Positions 24,446 through 32,000 of a stretch of DNA of 32,000 nt are shown here, piece after piece. The translations under genes and the position numbers were made by a program. The notes beneath the pieces were generated by a model, which did not search any database, was not told the origin of the DNA, and worked only from the letters and a program-made list of their open reading frames with translations. Position 1 is the stretch's first letter; each line of letters opens with the position of its first letter. The DNA is from Trichodesmium erythraeum IMS101. GTDB lineage: Bacteria; Cyanobacteriota; Cyanobacteriia; Cyanobacteriales; Microcoleaceae. The stretch covers positions 960,001 to 992,000 of the forward strand of contig NC_008312.1 of NCBI RefSeq assembly GCF_000014265.1, written 5' to 3'.

Positions 24446-25642
24446 ATGACCAGTTATGAAAATAGCAACAATAAACTTTTTGATGTGTTTCTCAATGACA
24501 TACCCGATAAATTTACAGGAAAGTTAGAAGTAAAAAGTTCTCGCCAAAGTTGGACAATATTTTTGTGTATCGGTCATCTAGCTTGGGCAATAGGTGGCAA
24601 ACATTATAATCGGAGATTTTACAAAATATGGCATCAATTTTGTTCAAATGTTCCTCTAGAAAAGATTAAATTAGGAAAACAAGATACTCTTTTCTGTGAT
24701 TACTATCATATCATGTCTGTTTTATCGAGGCGAAAAATATTAACTATCCCTCAAATAAAAGCAGTAGTATTGGGAAACTTAGAAGAAGTTTTATTTGATA
24801 TTTTACAGGAGGAATCACAAGAAAAATTAACATACGATGTATCCAATTCTGGATTCGACAAAACTTCGACCATAATTTCTTCAATTGTTAGATTAGAAAC
24901 TGTTATTTCTCGAGTTAATAAGTTGTGGAAAAATTGGCAAAATTCTAATTTAGCTGCATATTCTCCTAACTTAATTCCTACAATTATCAACTATGAAAAG
25001 TTACAAAAAATAGCCAAAAATAACACTTATAAGACAATTACTAAGTTAGTTGATGGCAAAAAATCACTGCGAGAAACTGCTGTCTTGTTCAAAAAAGATG
25101 TGCGGGAGCTAACTTTGTTTTTAATTCCTTATGTTAAGAATAAATTAATTCACTTCAAAGAAGGAGCAGACAAAAAAAATCTAGAGAGAAGTACTCAAGA
25201 TGTGCATAAAAAAACAATACCCAAGCAATCTCAAGCATTAATTATTTGTGTAGATGATAGTAAAGAAACTTGTTATATCTTAGAGAAAATAATTAAAAAA
25301 ACGGGTTATAAATTTATGGGAATTCAAGATTCTATTAAAGCATTATTTATGATTATTGAATCTAAACCGGATCTAATTTTCTTAGATTTAATGATGCCAA
25401 TTGCCAATGGTTATGAAATTTGTACTCAACTGCGAAGAGTGCCTATGTTTGAGAATACACCAATAATTATATTAACTGGGAGTGATGGAGTTGTAGACCG
25501 AGTTCGAGCGAAAATGGTAGGGGCTACAGGGTATTTGACTAAACCTATTGAACCGAAAAAAGTTTTAGCTTTAGTCAAGAATTATTTACAAAATCCTCGC
25601 TCTCCTGATACTCAAATTAAATCTGATGAATCAGATTTATAA
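24446..25642 (+). CDS. PatA-subfamily response regulator (N-terminal PATAN/DUF4388-like domain + C-terminal CheY-like receiver)
   Basis: The C-terminal REC domain is complete: acidic pair ICVDDS, phospho-acceptor context DLIFLDLMMP, ILTGS, and YLTKP lysine. The N-terminal G.LEV.S....W.IFL..GHLAWA.GG.H..RRF is typical of PATAN domains. There is no output or HTH domain, and no kinase in the window. Confidence 0.88.
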   Translation: MTSYENSNNKLFDVFLNDIPDKFTGKLEVKSSRQSWTIFLCIGHLAWAIGGKHYNRRFYKIWHQFCSNVPLEKIKLGKQDTLFCDYYHIMSVLSRRKILTIPQIKAVVLGNLEEVLFDILQEESQEKLTYDVSNSGFDKTSTIISSIVRLETVISRVNKLWKNWQNSNLAAYSPNLIPTIINYEKLQKIAKNNTYKTITKLVDGKKSLRETAVLFKKDVRELTLFLIPYVKNKLIHFKEGADKKNLERSTQDVHKKTIPKQSQALIICVDDSKETCYILEKIIKKTGYKFMGIQDSIKALFMIIESKPDLIFLDLMMPIANGYEICTQLRRVPMFENTPIIILTGSDGVVDRVRAKMVGATGYLTKPIEPKKVLALVKNYLQNPRSPDTQIKSDESDL

Positions 25643-26537
25643 TTTAATACAATTCAACTAATAATTTTTTTAGTAATTGCTGAAAAATTAAAAAGCTTAT
25701 CTAATATTTCCAAATTATAATAAAGTAATTCTGCAGAAATAGTGAAATAACAACCTTATACCAGAGTAAAAATGAACTATGTTATCTTCTCATAATTCAT
25801 TTATTATTTCTGTAGTTTTGGTCTAATATGAAGCACCTTAATCGATAAAAAACAAATAAAAAAACAATGTATTTGATAAGTACATCAGACAATAAAAACA
25901 CTTTCAAGAAATATATATTATAGTAATCAGATAAATTATTAAGTATATAAATTGCATCAAATTTATTTCTATTTTACTACTAACTTCTAATTCATAAAAA
26001 GAATCTGTAGCTACTTTTTATCCAATATTTATTATACTTATTATTAGACAGCAAAACATCCCAAAATAACTCAAAAAAATCATCAATTATCAGGCAGAAT
26101 TATCTTATAAATTACGATTTTTATAAACCCTTCTCAATCACTATTAAAAATATAATCAATTGGAAAATTTTGAATATGAAGTGAGGATTAAACATACTTA
26201 AAAAGGTTTTTGACAAAAGAGAAATAATAGGTTAAATAAAGTAAATAATAAAAGAAAGTAGGCTATTAAATAAAAACAGGATAAATTAAAACTAATGAGC
26301 CAAATAACCACAAGGATATTTCTGAACGGCTGGCAAAAATTTCAGTTTCTTGGTCAAGTACTAAAGTTGCATAAATTTACTTATTACCTGATTATTAGTA
26401 ACAATTATATCTAGTACATCCAACTTCAATACAAAAAAATTATGGTTATGGTTGGCTTTTGTTCTCCTGTGAACTTCTAACTCCTGAAAATAAAAATTTA
26501 TTTATAATTATTGAAGAGGACATTATATTAATACTTC

Positions 26538-27218
26538 CTATAAGGCTTTAAGCAAAATAAATTCTGCTATTTTTAAATCTAGAGGAGTTGTCACCTTTAA
26601 ATTAGTTTCCTCTCCCTCCAAAATTTTTACAGGTAAACCACATTTTTCAAATAAAGCAGCATCATCAGTAACTTCCCAACCTAAAATTTGCCCCTTTTTA
26701 TGGCATTCTTTCAACAGCTTAACATCAAATCCTTGGGGTGTTTGAGCAGCCCATAAATTGCGACGATTTGGTGTATCCTGAATTATACCTGAAGGGTCAA
26801 CAACCTTAATTGTGTCTTTAACTGGCACAGAAGCAATTATACCAGGGCATTTGAGAATCTCCACCGCACATCTGTCCAACAGTTCAGGAGTAGCTAAACA
26901 CCTAGCCCCATCGTGAATTAAAACTCGTTCTGCTGCGGATGGTAAAGCCTGTAAACCATTATAAACCGACTCCTGACGAGTAGCTCCACCCTCAATTAGC
27001 TCTATGTGCTTGTCAGTAGATAAATCTGAAATATTTTTTTGAAAATCAGGAAAATCAATAGGTTGTCCAATAATACCAATCCAAGTGATATGATCAGATT
27101 TTACCGCAGCTTCAAGAGTCCAACTCAATAAAGACTTGCCCAATAGAGTTAACAAAAGCTTATTTCGGGAACCTCCCATGCGTCGCCCTATACCAGCAGC
27201 AGGAATTAATAGATTCAT
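26538..27218 (-). CDS. ispD: 2-C-methyl-D-erythritol 4-phosphate cytidylyltransferase
   Basis: LIPAAGIGRRMG..NK, GGATRQESV, VLIHDGARCL, VKDTIK, LWAAQTPQGF, VTDDAALFE, GEETNLKVTTPLDL. I prefer the ATG at 27218, which has GAGGAA 4-5 nt upstream, over the TTG at 27233 used in the ORF track. Confidence 0.93.
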   Translation of the reverse strand: MNLLIPAAGIGRRMGGSRNKLLLTLLGKSLLSWTLEAAVKSDHITWIGIIGQPIDFPDFQKNISDLSTDKHIELIEGGATRQESVYNGLQALPSAAERVLIHDGARCLATPELLDRCAVEILKCPGIIASVPVKDTIKVVDPSGIIQDTPNRRNLWAAQTPQGFDVKLLKECHKKGQILGWEVTDDAALFEKCGLPVKILEGEETNLKVTTPLDLKIAEFILLKAL

Positions 27219-27520
27219 TTTTTCCTCAAGCAATCATATTAAACCAGATATTTAATTAGAGTTTAACAAAACTCTGACACTGAAAAATTTGCAAATTTTG
27301 GTAAATTTCCTTATTCCTCTATCTCCTTATCTCCTATTCTTACCCCCATCATTGAATTTAAATTGTATGATCATTTGAAGGAGATGGATAGTGTGAGTAT
27401 AAAAGCTAACCTTAGAATAAATCATCAAATCTAGCTATGTAGTTTATCAAAACTTATGTACCTCTAAAGTCATCAAGGTTTGTTGAGAGACTGATTTGTC
27501 GAAAATATGAAAAGCATACA

Positions 27521-28061
27521 GTGTTTATGATTAAGGAATTTTTACTAGGGAATGCAGATATATTTTAGGTTCTGCTTGGGGAATAACAGATAAAAAAATC
27601 AACATTTTGCTCAAAAATGAAAGAGAAATACCTACTTATTCTGGTGCTTTAAAATCTCAAAGCCAAGAATTTGCTGCTCTTAAAAAGAAGTGAAAAATAA
27701 TGAAAATACGATAAAAAAATATTTAATTATTGACAGAAATCAAAGCAGGTAAAAAGACGAGAAATATTTGTAGATGGATCCACTGATCATAATTTGAGAG
27801 AATTTCGATAATATTTAATGACAAAAAATAGCTGAAAAACCCGAAGTAGAATAGTGGATAAATTGTACAAAATTTTATCCCAATGCCTCAGAGTAAAACT
27901 TTATTGAAGATGTTTGGTGACCAGCCAAAAATTGCATCAGATAATTTGTTAATCTTTGCAGTTATTTGAAAATAGTTAAGTTATTTGAAGTTTTTCGCAC
28001 TCTGGTCAAATATTCGACTTTCTTAAACTTTTCCAGTACAGAACTGGGCCATTGCAAATAA
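27521..28061 (+). pseudogene. Decayed IS630/Tc1-mariner-family (DDE) transposase remnant
   Basis: One frame from 27807 reads DNI**QKIAEKPEVE*WINCTKFYPNASE*NFIEDVW*PAKNCIR*F..., matching the family pattern DNAxxHK...(L)PPYSPELNPIExVW..xK with 5 in-frame stops. In a different frame upstream, GSAWGITDKK..ER..YSGAL resembles the G(Y/W)AW..G....R....GAL segment, so there is at least one frameshift. Confidence 0.55.
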
Positions 28062-28173
28062 GCAGACTTCTATACTTGAGTTGCAAATGCTTATATTTAA
28101 CTGTATTTACATATAATATTCATCATACTTTACTTAAAATTGAACTGATAATTAACTTTAACTCTTAAAAATT

Positions 28174-29139
28174 ATGAGAATACTAGCCCTTGTCCCAGGT
28201 GGAATAGGCGACCAAATTTTATTCTTTCCTACTCTTGATGACCTTAAACAATCCTATCGTGAATCTCAAATTGACGTAATTGTAGAACCTCGTTCGAAGG
28301 GTGCATATCAAGTCTGTAAGTCAGTGCGAGATGTTCTAACCTACGACTTTAAAGATGCCAATAGTCTCGCCGACTGGGGCAACCTCTTAGGTATAATGCG
28401 CGATCGCGAATACGAAGCTGTAATTTCCCTGGGACAACGCTGGACAGTTGGCTTATTGTTATGGTTAACAGGAATTCCTAAACGGGTAGGTTATGCAGGT
28501 AATGGAGGAATATTCCTCTCAGACCCTATACCCCTGAAAACTGAACAATATGCAGCCCACATGTACCATGATTTGTTGCAAGGGATGAATATTAATACTA
28601 CTTTTAAAGGAATCTCAATTAATGTGCTCAAGAAAGATATTGCTTGGGCCGAAGCTGAACAGCAAAGATTAGGAGTTGCAGAAAGTGGGTATATTTTGAT
28701 TCATGGTGGTTCGAGTAAACTAGCTCAGATTAAAGGTATTGATAAAATTTACCCTACTAATTACTGGCTCGAGATTATTTCTCAACTGCAACAGAAACAA
28801 CCTAACTTACCAGTAGTATTGGTTAAAGGTCCTGAAGACGGAGCTTGGAGCAGTGAAATTAGCCAATCTTCTCGAGATGTAAAAATAGTCATACCTGGGG
28901 ATGTGGGTAAATTAGCTGCTTTTATTGCGGCAGCCAATTTAATGTTATGCACTGATAGTGCGCCAATGCACTTAGCAGTGGCAGTTGGGACATATACTAT
29001 TGCTCTTTTTGGTCCAACAGATCCAAAAAAATTATTACCCAAGAGCGATCGGGTAATTGCAGTTAAATCTTCTACTGGGAAAATGGCAGATATCTTACCC
29101 CAGCAAGTCTTACAGAAAATTTGGGGCACAGAGGGTTAA
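28174..29139 (+). CDS. Glycosyltransferase family 9 (heptosyltransferase-like)
   Basis: The N-terminal MRILALVPGGIGDQILFFPTLDDLK is typical of GT9. The C-terminal ..LMLCTDSAPMHLAVAVGT..IALFGPTDP matches the conserved donor-binding region. A HIP1 site lies inside. Confidence 0.88.
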   Translation: MRILALVPGGIGDQILFFPTLDDLKQSYRESQIDVIVEPRSKGAYQVCKSVRDVLTYDFKDANSLADWGNLLGIMRDREYEAVISLGQRWTVGLLLWLTGIPKRVGYAGNGGIFLSDPIPLKTEQYAAHMYHDLLQGMNINTTFKGISINVLKKDIAWAEAEQQRLGVAESGYILIHGGSSKLAQIKGIDKIYPTNYWLEIISQLQQKQPNLPVVLVKGPEDGAWSSEISQSSRDVKIVIPGDVGKLAAFIAAANLMLCTDSAPMHLAVAVGTYTIALFGPTDPKKLLPKSDRVIAVKSSTGKMADILPQQVLQKIWGTEG

Positions 29140-29490
29140 ACAAGGAAAGAGGAAATATTCTCGGCTCTGCATAGATAGGCAATGATTTTAATAATTTTGT
29201 AGAAAAGGTTTAATGCCATTATGGTGTTTCTTAAGTATGTTCTGGTCAAAAAAATGTTTCAAAACTAGTATATACCAGGGAATTATGTCGATGCCCTAAA
29301 AAATCTTGAACCTTTACTTATATCCTAATTTATACCTTTTTAACGTCAAAGCCCAAGGCCTGTCTATATTTCAATTTGTTTTCTGCCTCCCTGGTGATTT
29401 TTGTCCCATTATTCCTTATATTTTTGGGTGGGCATCCTGTCCCACTTATATTTATCTCCCTCCTCAGATATATCATATTATTGATTGCCT

Positions 29491-29970
29491 TTAGTCTGGA
29501 ATTGATACAAAAAATTCCTCTGTCAAATCATACCCCAACATTTGAGACATGGACATTAATCTGGATTTACTAGAAATATGATGTTTATTTAACCAGTTTC
29601 TCAAAATAAAAATTTTGTGCATCAAAAATATTTCTAATGCTTCTGGGTTATATTGGATACCTTCAGTTCGATGAAATTGGTGAGGTACAAGCATTGCAGT
29701 ATAGCGAGACAGCTCTCCCATTTTCCAGTTGAGCAGAAATGGCAACCAAGGATAACAACTGTCTAAACGGATAAACCATAAACGCACTTCTGGAATTTCT
29801 GAAAGTTCCCTTGGATCTTGGGGTTCTTGGTAATAGTTAATGGCAAAATTCAGCTGCTGTTCAGAAGAGGCGATCGTTCCTTCATTAAGTATTGGATAAA
29901 TTACACCTTCAAATGGGGATAAATCTAAGTTATGGATCTGTTCAGTATTAACAGTGATCGTAATTGTCAT
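29491..29970 (-). CDS. Conserved cyanobacterial/plastid-lineage small protein, possibly CRR6 (DUF1817) family
   Basis: 159-aa ORF. The block EVRLWFIRLDSCYPWLPFLLNWKMGELSRYTAMLVPHQF resembles, from memory, the CRR6 NDH-assembly factor family. The family assignment is tentative; the coding call is solid. Confidence 0.7.
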   Translation of the reverse strand: MTITITVNTEQIHNLDLSPFEGVIYPILNEGTIASSEQQLNFAINYYQEPQDPRELSEIPEVRLWFIRLDSCYPWLPFLLNWKMGELSRYTAMLVPHQFHRTEGIQYNPEALEIFLMHKIFILRNWLNKHHISSKSRLMSMSQMLGYDLTEEFFVSIPD

Positions 29971-30763
29971 TCTGGTTGTAGATAATTATAAAGTTCCTTT
30001 TGTTGTCAAAAAAATGTGGGATTCTTAAGTAAGCCACACTCTTACATAAACTGCCTAGATACAAGACAAATTATTGATGTTTATGTACAATTGCCCTGAC
30101 TATTGAAAATTAAAAATTGAAACATCAACATTGAGTCAAAATTACTAACTGTTGTATAGAATTTTGAGGTTAGTTCTGTCTATATTCTGCACAACAACGG
30201 TAAAAAATTAAAGATAAATAATTTTTCAACCCAAGAGTATAATAGGATGATATCTAAAATTTTGCTGAGTGATACAATCAAGAATAATTTATAATAAATG
30301 TCTACCTTATGGTAGAACAAAAAAACAAATAGTTTTAACTGAAAAACATTTAAGCGAATTATTTTAAGATTATCTAATAATCAAAAAAATGACTTTCATT
30401 CAATAAGTGGTAAATTTGCTATAGTAAATATTTTTAACTTAGAGCTGATTGAAAAACTTAGCTGGGATTTTTATCCTGCCTAGATTTTAGTAATTTGGGG
30501 TGTACAGGACAAAAAATTGCACAAAATTTAAGGGTAGCAATAAATTTAGCTTTTTAATATCTACTTAATAAATCAGCTCTTAAAACTACCAAACCCTTAG
30601 CTTTGATCAACTCCTTGGAAATTCTTGAACCTAAACCTAAGTTAAAGTATTCCTTTAGAGGTGTTAAAAATACTCTGGGTGATGGAAAAGGCTAAAAAAT
30701 TTATTTCAGCAAATTATCCTCACCTGCTTAAAAATTATTACCATTTGCAGAATAAATTTCCTT

Positions 30764-32000
30764 ATGTCATTAGAAAATTCACAAACAAAAAACCTGGAGG
30801 CAAGTTCTGATAGCTCCTCTGAAAATGGAGTAAACAGCTATAATAGTAATTCTCTAGTAGAAACAGAAGCGGTAAATACTACTTCAAAACCTTTAGAGGA
30901 AGAACAAAACGATAACTTAGAAGTTGAACCCCAAAAAAATTCCCAAAAATTAATAGAATTTCAAGGAAGAAAAGACAAAAAAAAATATTGGGGATGGCAA
31001 CTAAAGTGGTGGAGTATTGCAGCTAGCTTTGGAATTACAGCTGGTGTAGCACTTCTGTGGTTACTGGTTATCCCTGCCGAACCAAACTGCGAAAAAATTT
31101 CACCATTATCATCAGATGGCAAACGACTTTACTGCGCTAACAAAGCGGCCGAGTCACGAGATCTAGAAGAGTTAGAAAAAGCTTTCAATTTAGTAGAAAG
31201 TTGGCCAGAAGAACACCCCCTCTATCAAATGGGTCAACAAATGACAGGAGAATGGACAAAGTTAATCATCTCCATTGCTTATCAAAAGATTAGAAAAGGG
31301 AACTTACAGGGAGCTCTAAATGCAGTAGAGAAAATTCCGGAAGATAGTCCGGCTTACCCTAGGGTAGAAGAAGCAGTAACAGATTGGAAAAAACAATGGA
31401 TAGAAGGTCAATCTTTCTATGACAAAGCTACAGAAGCTATAAAGGCTATGAATTGGAATAAAGCTTCAGATTATTCCTTGACCATGTCAAAGCTAGATAA
31501 TGTTTACTGGCAAACTAATAAGTATAGAGAATTATTAGAGCGCATTGTATTGGAAAAAAAGGCTTGGCAAATCCTTAAAGATGCTCGTTATTTGATATAC
31601 AGAGAAACAGTAGACGAATATGGAGAAGCGATCGCTTTAGCCAACAAAATAGACCCTAGTCTTTATATTCGAGCAGAAGCTGAGAAAAATATTCAACAGT
31701 GGGTTCGTACCTTAATCGAAATTGCTACTGAATATATAGAAGAAAAAGATATAGAAGGGGCCATTACAGCTATCGAATATATTCCTTCAGGGCATAAACT
31801 GAAAAAAGAAGCTAAAGACTTAATATTACTAGGCCATGCTCAAGCAGCAACTTGGAACAAATCTGAGGGAGAGTCTCAAATTGCCAATATGGTAGATCTC
31901 ATAGAAGGAAAAGCTGTAGCAGCTCAGATTACTTTAGATAGCCCATATTATACACAAGCTCAGACTCAAGCTAAACAACTCCAACAATATTTAGACAACT
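30764..32000 (+). CDS. Membrane-anchored protein of unknown function, 3' end beyond the window (absent from the supplied ORF track)
   Basis: I translated from the ATG at 30764 by hand and found no stop for about 412 codons to the window end. An S/N/E-rich N-terminus is followed by one TM helix (WWSIAASFGITAGVALLWLLVI), then a helical, W/K/E-rich domain with two Cys (..PNCEKI..RLYCANKAA..). It contains a HIP1 site (31628-31635). Confidence 0.8.
   Translation, partial: MSLENSQTKNLEASSDSSSENGVNSYNSNSLVETEAVNTTSKPLEEEQNDNLEVEPQKNSQKLIEFQGRKDKKKYWGWQLKWWSIAASFGITAGVALLWLLVIPAEPNCEKISPLSSDGKRLYCANKAAESRDLEELEKAFNLVESWPEEHPLYQMGQQMTGEWTKLIISIAYQKIRKGNLQGALNAVEKIPEDSPAYPRVEEAVTDWKKQWIEGQSFYDKATEAIKAMNWNKASDYSLTMSKLDNVYWQTNKYRELLERIVLEKKAWQILKDARYLIYRETVDEYGEAIALANKIDPSLYIRAEAEKNIQQWVRTLIEIATEYIEEKDIEGAITAIEYIPSGHKLKKEAKDLILLGHAQAATWNKSEGESQIANMVDLIEGKAVAAQITLDSPYYTQAQTQAKQLQQYLDN

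Noticed and set aside
15518-29129. Other embedded antisense ORFs: 15518-15718, 22086-22301, 24751-24990 and 28782-29129
   Set aside because: Each is fully contained in a longer opposite-strand CDS with recognisable domain motifs, and none has an SD or family signature.
29306-29573. Overlapping small ORFs 29306-29494 and 29376-29573 in the GT9/CRR6-like convergent spacer
   Set aside because: They have non-ATG or weak starts. They overlap each other in different frames, and one overlaps the 3' end of the minus-strand CDS. Their hydrophobic peptides are typical of T-rich spacer, and I see no support.
29243-30017. Shared 13-mer GTCAAAAAAATGT at about 29245 and about 30005, flanking the CRR6-like gene (possible direct repeats of an insertion)
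   Set aside because: The match is short and dominated by an A-run in AT-rich DNA. There is no extended similarity around either copy, so it is likely chance.
1-32000. Scan for tRNA, rRNA and tmRNA signatures (T-loop GGTTCGAATCC-like motifs on both strands)
   Set aside because: The only near-matches (ggtggttcgagt at about 28716, ggattcgaca at about 24851) lie in frame inside CDSs without cloverleaf context. No RNA gene of these classes is supported.

Overview
AT-rich window (about one-third GC by eye) that looks like a cyanobacterial chromosome. It has six perfect HIP1 palindromes (GCGATCGC), a PatA-type response regulator, a TPR-CHAT protein, a CRR6-like gene and a heptanucleotide STRR-type array. 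By my tally only about two-thirds of it is coding. I associate that low density, plus abundant repeats and decayed gene fragments, with Trichodesmium-like filamentous cyanobacteria; this is inference, not a database hit.

Gene order:
- prs (5'-truncated).
- A GmrSD-like DUF262/DUF1524 protein whose nuclease half has no histidine.
- A same-strand trio: two paralogous giant proteins (N-terminal module, 7-blade FG-GAP propeller, 3 or 4 Calx-beta domains, PPC domain) bracketing a 633-aa protein built from 8 near-identical 58-aa (174-bp) tandem units.
- A ferrochelatase-fold chelatase with a poly-His tail (minus strand).
- A 1.1-kb intergenic nest of modular repeats, including about 28 copies of a 7-mer.
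- Two alpha/beta-hydrolase-like genes.
- A 2.9-kb gene-poor stretch holding a candidate sRNA, tiny coupled ORFs and stop-interrupted ORFs.
- A truncated TPR/CHAT-type N-terminal fragment.
- A full TPR-CHAT protein with both catalytic residues replaced, divergently paired with a PatA-type (PATAN-REC) regulator.
- ispD, an IS630-like transposase relic, a GT9 glycosyltransferase, a CRR6-like gene and a 3'-truncated membrane-anchored protein.

No tRNA, rRNA or CRISPR array was seen.

Best candidates for something undescribed:
- The paralog / repeat-protein / paralog surface-module locus (3.5-12.6 kb), with its signs of very recent repeat homogenisation and a codon-composition island.
- The pseudo-CHAT/PatA-type divergent pair (21.3-25.6 kb).

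All functional calls rest on motif recognition by eye. No searches were run.
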